A DNA stretch of 46,468 nucleotides from the IMG/VR virus record IMGVR_UViG_2617270998_000006, positions 1-46,468 of that record; one strand, 5' to 3'. Source of the DNA: a virus. Its lineage: Duplodnaviria > Heunggongvirae > Uroviricota > Caudoviricetes. Below, piece by piece: positions 37,169-46,468 of this stretch; the stretch's first letter is position 1, and every line of letters starts with the position of its first letter. Under the pieces are notes generated by a model. The model worked only from the letters and a program-made list of their open reading frames with translations. It had not been told where the DNA came from and did not search any database. The position numbers were made by a program, and so were the translations under genes.

Positions 37169-38568
37169 TAGCGATGTGCCTTATGTTGAGAATCGAGGAC
37201 GGCGGCGGAAAGCGGCCTGGCGGGTGTGCCCGGCGGCGGCGCGGAATCATCTTCCAGCGGGCCTTTGCGGATCAGGCGAATCATATAGCTGTAGCCGACG
37301 CCAAAGACTGAGCTGTAGACAACAAAGAAAGCGAGCAACGAAATGCTCATATGTAAATCGCCGTGGGCCGACACCGCGTCGGCAGTACGCTGTAAACCGT
37401 ACACCACCCACGGCTGGCGTCCGACCTCAGTGGTCACCCAGCCCGCGAGAATGGCGATGAGCCCCGAGGGTCCCATCCATAGCGCAAAGCGCAGGAACGG
37501 GCGCGAGGTGTAGAGGCGCTGCCTGTAGCGCAGCCAGAGCGCACAGAGCCCTAGCAGGATCATTAACATGCCCAGGCCGGCCATGATGCGAAACGACCAG
37601 AACACGATCGTCGAGTGAGGGCGATCCTCTTTGGCGAATTCTTTTAGCGCCGGAACCTGTTTATCCAGACTGTGCGTCAGGATCAGGCTTCCCAGCGCCG
37701 GGATCGCCAGTCCATAGCGGGTGCGTTCCTGTTCCATATCCGGCCAGCCAAACAGCAGCAGCGGCGTGGGCTCACCCGGCGGGTTTTCCCAGTGACCTTC
37801 AATCGCGGCGATTTTGGCTGGCTGATGTTTCAGGGTGTTCAGCCCATGCATATCGCCGATTAACGCCTGCACCGGCGCGACAATAAGCGTCATCCACAAC
37901 GCCATGGAAAACATCGTGCGAATGGCTGGCGTTGCGTTGCCGCGCAGCAGATGCCAGGCTGCCGAAGCGCCGACAAACAGCGCGCTACTGAGAAATGCGG
38001 CGACGGACATATGCAGCAGCCGATAAGGGAACGAAGGATTGAAGATAACGGCGAACCAGTCCACGGGCACAACCTGGCCGTTGACGATCTCAAACCCCTG
38101 CGGCGTTTGCATCCAACTGTTAGACGCCAGGATCCAGAAGGTGGAAATGAGGGTGCCAAGCGCCACCATGCAGGTTGAGAAGAAATGCAAACCCGGACCG
38201 ACTTTATTCCAGCCAAACAGCATCACCCCGAGGAATCCGGCTTCAAGGAAGAAAGCGGTCAGCACCTCATAGGTAAGCAACGGCCCGGTAATACTGCCTG
38301 CGAATTCCGAAAAACCGCTCCAGTTGGTGCCGAACTGATAGGCCATCACCAGACCGGAAACCACGCCCATGCCGAAATTTACGGCGAATATTTTTGACCA
38401 GAAGTGGTACAACGAGCGCCAGACCGGATTTTTGCTTTTTAGCCAAAGGCCTTCCAGCACCGCCAGATAACTGGCAAGCCCAATGGTGATCGCCGGAAAG
38501 ATAATGTGAAATGAAACTGTAAAGGCGAACTGGATCCTTGCCAGGTGATACGCATCAAGACCAAACAT
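37168..38568 (-). CDS. cytochrome bd-type quinol oxidase subunit I (short Q-loop, CioA-like)
   Basis: 466-aa membrane protein with CydA-like N-terminus (RIQFAFTVSFHIIFP); about 50 residues shorter than E. coli CydA/AppC, suggesting the short Q-loop subtype. Confidence 0.85.
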   Translation of the reverse strand: MFGLDAYHLARIQFAFTVSFHIIFPAITIGLASYLAVLEGLWLKSKNPVWRSLYHFWSKIFAVNFGMGVVSGLVMAYQFGTNWSGFSEFAGSITGPLLTYEVLTAFFLEAGFLGVMLFGWNKVGPGLHFFSTCMVALGTLISTFWILASNSWMQTPQGFEIVNGQVVPVDWFAVIFNPSFPYRLLHMSVAAFLSSALFVGASAAWHLLRGNATPAIRTMFSMALWMTLIVAPVQALIGDMHGLNTLKHQPAKIAAIEGHWENPPGEPTPLLLFGWPDMEQERTRYGLAIPALGSLILTHSLDKQVPALKEFAKEDRPHSTIVFWSFRIMAGLGMLMILLGLCALWLRYRQRLYTSRPFLRFALWMGPSGLIAILAGWVTTEVGRQPWVVYGLQRTADAVSAHGDLHMSISLLAFFVVYSSVFGVGYSYMIRLIRKGPLEDDSAPPPGTPARPLSAAVLDSQHKAHR

Positions 38569-38691
38569 GCCTGACTCCGCATTAAAAATTGATTCAGCGC
38601 AATTCTAAGCGTGTGAGGCAATGAGGGGCAGAAACAGAACAGACATATTTAACCATAACAGTTTGCAAATCGTTGTGAATTTTATTCACTG

Positions 38692-39150
38692 TTATACACT
38701 GCGAGGCTCACCTGCATTGACCGACGAGAAACCAGAATAAAAAATACCAGCGTCTGGCTGAACAACTTTGCGAACAGATCGCCTCTGGCGTCTGGCGACC
38801 CGGCGACGCGCGGCCTCTTTGCGGTGGGAGTCGGAGTCCATTGCGCTGGCTACGCGCCCGGCAGCAACGAAGTCATAAAGCATATCCTGTGCATGCTCAT
38901 CTACGGTGTCATCACGTAGCGGAATGCGGGCGTATTGTTCTTTGGTAAACACGACTGCACGGTAATTTGAGTGCGGGATTGCATTCATACGTGCCGTGAT
39001 AGTGGCTTCATCTGCCAGTTTAAGGGCATCGCGCATAACTGGAGTGCCATCAGTACCAAGAACAGGAGCACCTCCCACGCTAACGCGCGGGCCCCGAATC
39101 TCACCGTTCTGAAACCACAACAAAAAAACATCAGGAATAAAAAACACCAC
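38692..39150 (-). CDS. hypothetical protein, possibly a gene fragment
   Basis: 152-aa GC-rich ORF upstream of the oxidase operon; no motif recognised; may be a spurious frame in GC-rich DNA. Confidence 0.2.
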   Translation of the reverse strand: MVFFIPDVFLLWFQNGEIRGPRVSVGGAPVLGTDGTPVMRDALKLADEATITARMNAIPHSNYRAVVFTKEQYARIPLRDDTVDEHAQDMLYDFVAAGRVASAMDSDSHRKEAARRRVARRQRRSVRKVVQPDAGIFYSGFSSVNAGEPRSV

Positions 39151-39648
39151 ACAAACACAGCACTGTACCCCCCCTCATAACTGAAAAGCGCCGCCGCCCC
39201 CGCCCGAAGGGCGGGAACAACATCGCTTTTAATTATGAATGTTGTAAGTACATTGTCATCGCTGTCAGTCTTCTGGCTGGAAGTCCTCAGTACACGCTCG
39301 TAAGCGGCCCTCACGGCCCGCTAACGCGGAGATACGCCCCAACTTCGGGTAAACCCTCGTCGGGACCACTCCGACCGCGCACAAAGGCTCTGTCATGGCT
39401 GAAAACGGGTATGGCTTAGCAGGGCCGGGGGTGGGTAAGGTGAAATCTATCAGTCAGTACCGGCTTACGCCGGGCTTCGGCGGTTTTACTCCGGTATCAT
39501 ATGAAACAACAGAGTGCCGCCTTCCATGCCGCTGGCGCGGCATCAGGACAACTGAAGAGTGACGGCGCACATTAACATCAAACAGACTTGTTAAGCAGTC
39601 TTTCAGGGTGTAATCTGAAGACCTGTTAAATAGTCTCAGAGGTGTGTT

Positions 39649-39900
39649 ATGCCCAGTATCATTTTGTCTGACACCAGTGCAAGCGTCAGTGAGCTGAAAA
39701 AAAATCCGATGGCAACTGTCAGTGCCGGAGAGGGGTATCCTGTTGCCATTCTTAACCGGAATCAGCCAGCATTCTACTGTGTCCCTGCTGAGCTCTATGA
39801 AAGAATGCTTGATGCCTTGGATGACCAAGAGCTGGTAAAACTGGTTACTGAACGCAGCAGTCAGCCTCTGCATGATGTGGACCTGGACAGTTATTTATGA
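39649..39900 (+). CDS. RelB/StbD-family antitoxin (Phd/YefM fold)
   Basis: 83-aa ORF (MPSIILSDTSASVSELKKNPMATV...) resembling the plasmid StbD/RelB antitoxin; stop overlaps the toxin start. Confidence 0.75.
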   Translation: MPSIILSDTSASVSELKKNPMATVSAGEGYPVAILNRNQPAFYCVPAELYERMLDALDDQELVKLVTERSSQPLHDVDLDSYL

Positions 39901-40184
39901 CTTATACAGTAAAATTCCGGGATGATGCACTGAAAGAATGGCTCAGACTGGACAAGACCATTCAGCAGCAGTTCGCAAAAAAACTGAAAAAATGCAGTGA
40001 AAATCCTCATATAGCTTCTGCAAAACTACGTGGATTAAAGGACTGCTATAAAATCAAACTTCGCGCATCAGGTTTTCGTCTGGTTTATCAGGTTATTGAT
40101 GATATGTTAATTATTGCGGTCGTCGCAGTAGGTAAACGTGAACGCAGCAACGTTTATCATCTCGCCAGTGAACGGATGAAATAA
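39897..40184 (+). CDS. RelE/StbE-family toxin (ParE/RelE superfamily)
   Basis: 95-aa ORF (MTYTVKFRDDALKEWLRLDKTIQQQFAKKL ... FRLVYQVIDDMLIIAVVAVGKR) with typical RelE-family organisation. Confidence 0.75.
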   Translation: MTYTVKFRDDALKEWLRLDKTIQQQFAKKLKKCSENPHIASAKLRGLKDCYKIKLRASGFRLVYQVIDDMLIIAVVAVGKRERSNVYHLASERMK

Positions 40185-41043
40185 TATCCTGGTCAGCACT
40201 CTTTCTTACCTGCTTCCATTTTTTCAGTGATTCTTTTCCTGCATGCAGAAAAAAAGCCTACCCTGTGGGCAGGCATAACAGACAATCGCACAGTCAGTGT
40301 TGAAATTAATGATGTCACGCATTATACCCGGTGGATACACAAACCATCCCTGCAAATGCACTGGCATCCTAATCAACGTCTGAAACAACTGCAATGGCCG
40401 GACCTGTGATTTCAGAGAAAGTTATTATGTTTATTGAATATAACCGAAGTGATAAATAAAAGTATTATCACCTTTAATATTTATGCTTATTGCGTGGTTT
40501 TATCTGGTTATATAAAGCACAGATGTTCTTATTATTTTCTGAAAAATAACCATATGGATCGATTTCCCCCACCCAGCCGAAGCGGTTCGGCTCGTTCGGC
40601 GTGTCGTCGACACTGAAGCGCTTATCCACTTCGTTCCAGCGGTAAGAGTTGTCGCTGTCGCTGACGAATGCCATCGGGTCGCTAAACAGCGTGATCCGCC
40701 ATGCGATCAAAAAGCGTAAGTGTTTCCGACAGACGAGCCGGTGAAAAAAGTGGTGTGTCTGGCAATACAGGCATCGTCCCCGAAATGGACGATGCCGTTG
40801 AAGGACTGGGGTATGGCAATAAGCCGCTTTATTATCGGATTCAGTGACCGCCTGGACGGTTACTTTTGAGAAAAGGCATTTACACACAATCCTAAACAGA
40901 CTCCTATATTTCAGATTTTGTTATCAACGCATTTCAAATCTCTTAGAAATCATTACTGTCGTCATATTTTCCGAGGCAGCTCACCACCTAACCATGTCTT
41001 ATCAACAATATTTTGTGAAGGATATTTATAATGTAAAGACACA

Positions 41044-44000
41044 TCAGAAACGATATTCCACACTCAACATGGCAGATGTATTATGGTATCCATGTTCTCC
41101 AAGTTGAATGCCTGCATCAGCCCGGAATGCTACTTCTGGTGTTATCATTCCCACAACACCACCATTTATTTCTCCGATATCACGCGCACCATCCTGGTAT
41201 ATACTTACACCATTCATACTGGTGCCGAAAACACGACTATTGTGCAACCAGTGTGCCTCCACAAATGGTCTGAACGGAACCGCATACCGCGTATTTTTAC
41301 CGTTTTTGCTGGTAAGCCATGTTCTTGCTCCCAGGCGGGTGAGAATATTTCCGTTACCGGTATTTTCAATACTGGTTCCGTTACTTTCATGATATTTGTC
41401 TGATTTTACATTCATCCGGACAACCTGAAGCTGCGGCTGAACATACCATTCATGACTTCCCTTGTAATTGTCGGTAAACTCTCCAGCCTTCCATGAATAT
41501 CCTGCTTCCAGAGATACCGTAAACCCTTTTGACTTCCATGACTCAGCAGGCAGCCGTTCTCCATTTATATGATTATCAAACCAGCTGTATTGCAGCCAGC
41601 TATCAAGATAAGAACCATTGTGTGTTTCATCATTGGCATACCATGTTGCATAAAGACCCGCTGTGTATCCATTCATTCTTCCTTCCGAATGGTATCCGGT
41701 GCTCAGGGCATTCGTACTGTTATTATTATGACCATAGCCAGCCATCATACCTGTATGCCAGCGATCGGTACCATTCAGGCTCCACTGAGCTATATCTCCC
41801 CCTATTAACACAACGTAGCTATTCCCCCGGGTTCTCAGCTGACTACTGTTGTCACGCCAGCGATTATGTTTTCCTTTATTATACATCCAGATACCTGCTT
41901 CATTTTCTTCTCCTGTCATGTGGCTGATATACAACTCCTGTCCCTGTCGTTCATACAGATTCGTTACAAACAGATTATTTGCAGCAGCAATACTGGCAAC
42001 ATAGCTACCTGCCTCAGGACGCAAATTATTATCATGGCTTTCCGGTACAGCTTCAGGTTGTGGTACAGGAATGTCTTTTCTGCTAATCAGATACCAGTTA
42101 GTGCTGTTAATCCCCTGACCACGTTTCAGTATGTAATCATAAGCTCCGGCTGTAATACGTTCCGTCTGAATGAATTCAGCATTATCAGCATTGCCACTGA
42201 CGTGAATCACTTCAATCCCATTAAGTGTCTCTGCACCAGTACCACCGGCCTGAGTAACAGCGACACGGGTACGGCCACTGGCATTACCTTTAATCACCAG
42301 ACGATCTGTTTTCGAATTGTCACCACCTGTTTCTGTCTGGAGGAGAATAAGTCCATTTCTGCCAGTGTAATTCCCTCCGACAGTCAGTATATTACCCGGC
42401 ATATATGTAGTGAGATCGACTATACCACTATTGCTCAGATTTCCTGCAACGCCCCCAAACCCGGAGAGTTTGCCCTGCTCTTCAACAATGACCTGGTTAC
42501 TGCCGAGCATCACCGGTGAATCTGCGTTCCCCAGTATCACTGTCCCCTGAATAATATCTGTCATCCCGGTCCATTTTGCGTTATCGCTAATGTTCAGTGC
42601 ACCTGCTCCCGTCTTGCGAACATTACCATAACCACTGATATTGTTGGTAAGCTGCCATGCTGATGTACTGTTCAGAGTTAATGTGCCATAGTTATCAACA
42701 AAGGCTGTCCCCAGATTATCAGCCGTGGATACAGCCAAATGAGCCCCCTTATTCACGGTAAAAACACCGGAAAAATTACGATTATTACCCGTTATATCAA
42801 GCATTCCCCCATTTATGTTCAGAGAACCATCCCCTGCAATAGTACCTGCAGATTCTCCTCCATTATTCAGTATCAGACTTCCGCCATGAATGTTCAGCAC
42901 AGAGCCTGCAGCCGTCAGTAGTTTGCTTATTGTCTGAGGATACCCATTCATATCCAGTTCTGCGCCACGGGATAAATATAAATACTCAGTCCGACCAAGA
43001 GCATCAGGTGCAGCAAGAATTAATACGCCAGATTTAACCTCTGTATTTCCTGTATAATTGTTTGTTGCAGAAAGTATAAGAGTACCATTACCTGATTTTG
43101 TCAGACTTTTGCCGTCCCAGCCATCATATAATAAAGGTGAAAGATTATCGGAAAGAGAAACGCCTATGTTCAGAGTGGCATCTTTTTCTATATTAAAGGT
43201 TCCATATCCCATCCCTTTTGTATTATTCCATCTCAGCATGGATATCAGTTTGTTATCGTCGTCATTTAAAGACGTATAAACATAACTTTCAGCACCTTCT
43301 GTCAGTAATACATTGTATTGTACAATGTGACTATTATCAGCGATCGAGATACCTGTGTCTGACGACAATAATGTGTAATAGTCCTGAGTCCAGTTCTTAA
43401 TTGATGTGTCTATATTAAGCCATGAATCACTTTTTAATGTAATAGTATTTGCGTGAACATTAGCATTTCCTACAGACAGGTTCATAGATGCGTCTTCATC
43501 AATACTTATATTTCCGTTAAAAATGGAGTTCTTGCCTGACAGATAAACAGATGAGCCATTCCCAATCATTAGCCCACCATTAATTGCTGTTGCGTTATTG
43601 ATGTTTTTAATAATTAATTCATTTGTACCATTAACAGGTATACTAGCTAGTTTAATATCACCATTAATCACAGAATCTGAATAAATATCTAATGAATTAT
43701 ACCCGCCAGAAAAAATTATTGATGTATTATAAGCATCTTTTTGGCTATTATATAATCCTGAAAGATTACCATGATTATTAATATGGATATCTTCTCCATA
43801 AACAGAGCAACCACCGTCGGGGCCATATCCCCCCTGAACAATACCGTTATTATTCAAAGTGATTTGATTTCCAGAAATAGCATCTCCCCCTTGTTTTATT
43901 CCATATCCTCCAGATATTATGTTGTCGTTAGTAATGAAAAGATTACTACCATTAATACCATCACCACCGTTTACGCCATTACCGCCCAATATTCCTCCGG

Positions 44001-44541
44001 AATTATGCACTGTAATATTGCTACCGGTTACACCGGAACCACCTGTCCCACCTACATCATCACCTCCGTATATACTTCTGTAATTATCAACTATAATATC
44101 ATCCCCGCTTAACCCTGCACCTCCGCTACTTCCTGAGCCACCAAGACCATTACCCCCATATACATTTCTGTAATTGTTTATAGATATTTTGTTGCCACTA
44201 ACAGCAATTCCACCATTATATCCATCTCCTCCCCAAACACTACCATTATTATTTAGCGTAAAGTTTTCACCGTAGACACCTGCACCACCGATTGATGTAT
44301 TGCTTGTTCCTCCTTTGATGTTAATACTGCTTTCAACAGATAGTATATTTTGAGTATAACTTGTTTTATACGGCACGCTGATATTAAGCGCCGCGTTTCC
44401 ATCAACACCTGTAATACTCCTGGTTATACTTTCAGGTATACCATTACCATTCAGTTGTATTGTTTGCGCACCAGAAAAATGAGACTGCACAGAATAAAGT
44501 ATACTGACCAGAAATTGTAAAATTCGTATATTCTTATTCAT
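41044..44541 (-). CDS. autotransporter (type Va secretion) adhesin-like protein
   Basis: 1165 aa: signal-peptide-like N-terminus, Gly-rich passenger repeats (GGxGxxG, NNYR..GG), C-terminal barrel-like region ending in an aromatic residue (...SVEYRF); visibly AT-rich. Confidence 0.75.
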   Translation of the reverse strand: MNKNIRILQFLVSILYSVQSHFSGAQTIQLNGNGIPESITRSITGVDGNAALNISVPYKTSYTQNILSVESSINIKGGTSNTSIGGAGVYGENFTLNNNGSVWGGDGYNGGIAVSGNKISINNYRNVYGGNGLGGSGSSGGAGLSGDDIIVDNYRSIYGGDDVGGTGGSGVTGSNITVHNSGGILGGNGVNGGDGINGSNLFITNDNIISGGYGIKQGGDAISGNQITLNNNGIVQGGYGPDGGCSVYGEDIHINNHGNLSGLYNSQKDAYNTSIIFSGGYNSLDIYSDSVINGDIKLASIPVNGTNELIIKNINNATAINGGLMIGNGSSVYLSGKNSIFNGNISIDEDASMNLSVGNANVHANTITLKSDSWLNIDTSIKNWTQDYYTLLSSDTGISIADNSHIVQYNVLLTEGAESYVYTSLNDDDNKLISMLRWNNTKGMGYGTFNIEKDATLNIGVSLSDNLSPLLYDGWDGKSLTKSGNGTLILSATNNYTGNTEVKSGVLILAAPDALGRTEYLYLSRGAELDMNGYPQTISKLLTAAGSVLNIHGGSLILNNGGESAGTIAGDGSLNINGGMLDITGNNRNFSGVFTVNKGAHLAVSTADNLGTAFVDNYGTLTLNSTSAWQLTNNISGYGNVRKTGAGALNISDNAKWTGMTDIIQGTVILGNADSPVMLGSNQVIVEEQGKLSGFGGVAGNLSNSGIVDLTTYMPGNILTVGGNYTGRNGLILLQTETGGDNSKTDRLVIKGNASGRTRVAVTQAGGTGAETLNGIEVIHVSGNADNAEFIQTERITAGAYDYILKRGQGINSTNWYLISRKDIPVPQPEAVPESHDNNLRPEAGSYVASIAAANNLFVTNLYERQGQELYISHMTGEENEAGIWMYNKGKHNRWRDNSSQLRTRGNSYVVLIGGDIAQWSLNGTDRWHTGMMAGYGHNNNSTNALSTGYHSEGRMNGYTAGLYATWYANDETHNGSYLDSWLQYSWFDNHINGERLPAESWKSKGFTVSLEAGYSWKAGEFTDNYKGSHEWYVQPQLQVVRMNVKSDKYHESNGTSIENTGNGNILTRLGARTWLTSKNGKNTRYAVPFRPFVEAHWLHNSRVFGTSMNGVSIYQDGARDIGEINGGVVGMITPEVAFRADAGIQLGEHGYHNTSAMLSVEYRF

Positions 44542-44787
44542 ACTGTTTTTTCTTTAGTGATGCATTTTTTATCAACCACACAAGCACATTATTTCATTGA
44601 TACTAATCACATCAGGATGAATGTTTTTTCTCAATAGAAATAAGTGTCTTTATTCCTTACCAATTTATTCTGGTTATTCCTCTTATCCAGACGTCTCGTG
44701 ATACTCCCTGTATTTATTATAGAGTATATATATGTACTGCGTTTAAATCATGAAGACGACAACCTGTTTTACATAAATTATTCCTAA

Positions 44788-45461
<674 letters not shown>

Positions 45462-45523
45462 TCTTACCCAGCAATAGTGGACACGCGGCTAAGTGAGTAA
45501 ACTCTCAGTCAGAGGTGACTCAC

Positions 45524-45823
45524 ATGACAAAAACAGTATCAACCAGTAAAAAACCCCGTAAACAGCATTCGCCTGAATTTCGCAGTGAAGCCCTGAAGAT
45601 TGCTGAACGCATCGGTGTTACTGCCGCAGCCCGTGAACTCAGCCTGTATGAATCACAGCTCTACAACTGGCGCAGTAAACAGCAAAATCAGCAGACGTCT
45701 TCTGAACGTGAACTGGAGATGTCTACCGAGATTGCACGTCTCAAACGCCAGCTGGCAGAACGGGATGAAGAGCTGGCTATCCTCCAAAAGGCCGCGACAT
45801 ACTTCGCGAAGCGCCTGAAATGA
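45524..45823 (+). CDS. insE: IS3 transposase OrfA (InsE, helix-turn-helix)
   Basis: [52 protein letters not shown]... recognised as IS3 OrfA; the ORF track begins at an upstream GTG. Confidence 0.85.
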
Positions 45824-46468
45824 AGTATGTCTTTATTGAAAAACATCAGGCTGAGTTCAGCATCAAAGCAATGTGCCGCGTGCTCCGGGTGGCCCGCAGC
45901 GGCTGGTATACGTGGTGTCAGCGGCGGACAAGGATAAGCACGCGTCAGCAGTTCCGCCAACACTGCGACAGCGTTGTCCTCGCGGCTTTTACCCGGTCAA
46001 AACAGCGTTACGGTGCCCCACGCCTGACGGATGAACTGCGTGCTCAGGGTTACCCCTTTAACGTAAAAACCGTGGCGGCAAGCCTGCGCCGTCAGGGACT
46101 GAGGGCAAAGGCCTCCCGGAAGTTCAGCCCGGTCAGCTACCGCGCACACGGCCTGCCTGTGTCAGAAAATCTGTTGGAGCAGGATTTTTACGCCAGTGGC
46201 CCGAACCAGAAGTGGGCAGGAGACATCACGTACTTACGTACAGATGAAGGCTGGCTGTATCTGGCAGTGGTCATTGACCTGTGGTCACGTGCCGTTATTG
46301 GCTGGTCAATGTCGCCACGCATGACGGCGCAACTGGCCTGCGATGCCCTGCAGATGGCGCTATGGCGGCGTAAGAGGCCCCGGAACGTTATCGTTCACAC
46401 GGACCGTGGAGGCCAGTACTGTTCAGCAGATTATCAGGCGCAACTGAAGCGGCATAATCTGCGTGGAA
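45820..46468 (+). CDS. insF: IS3 transposase OrfB (InsF, DDE integrase core), 3' end outside window
   Basis: Open frame from ATG overlapping the orfA stop ([30 protein letters not shown]...) running to the window edge; -1 frame relative to orfA, as in IS3 family elements. Confidence 0.8.

Noticed and set aside
36161-38397. Plus-strand ORFs inside the cytochrome bd genes (for example 36779..37117, 37026..37460, 37951..38178)
   Set aside because: Antisense frames in GC-rich coding DNA, where long spurious ORFs are expected; the minus-strand genes have clear oxidase signatures.
40474-40887. 137-aa minus-strand ORF between relE and the autotransporter
   Set aside because: Only a roughly 50-codon GC-rich core looks protein-like; it is flanked by AT-rich sequence with no start signals, so most likely a short remnant of an unrelated gene.
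41076-44112. Numerous plus-strand ORFs (for example 41529..41927, 41866..42519, 43771..44112)
   Set aside because: All are antisense frames inside the 3.5-kb autotransporter gene; open by chance in AT-rich, repeat-rich DNA, with low-complexity translations.

Overview
This window reads as a segment of a P1-like phage-plasmid with foreign cargo attached. From the left: a complete IS186 copy; a minus-strand late structural operon (capsid-like, tail-sheath-like, tail-tube-like genes); the P1-type partition and replication core (parS-like region, parB, parA, incA iterons, repA, incC iterons, oriR with GATC cluster and DnaA boxes); a block of small P1-type accessory genes with C1 operator sites; two overlapping DUF115/MptE-like paralogues, a lambda-type Ser/Thr phosphatase and a DxD glycosyltransferase-like gene; a LexA-boxed humD; the phd-doc addiction module; a packaging region that appears deleted (no pac site, terminase large subunit reduced to its C-terminal nuclease half); the c1-coi immunity region flanked by C1 operators; a perfect loxP site and cre (a variant of canonical Cre); and ref. 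Downstream of ref, where I recall P1 carrying its type III restriction-modification genes, there is instead a five-gene minus-strand array of unknown function that includes an AT-rich DUF2971-like gene; this is my best candidate for an undescribed system, most plausibly anti-phage defence. Beyond an abrupt junction near 35.3-35.5 kb lie a GC-rich chromosomal-type cytochrome bd-type quinol oxidase operon, a RelB/RelE-type toxin-antitoxin pair, a 1165-aa AT-rich autotransporter gene, and an IS5 copy truncated by an IS3 insertion. All family assignments are from motif recognition and memory of the P1 annotation; no database search was run, and coordinates of non-CDS features are approximate to a few bases.
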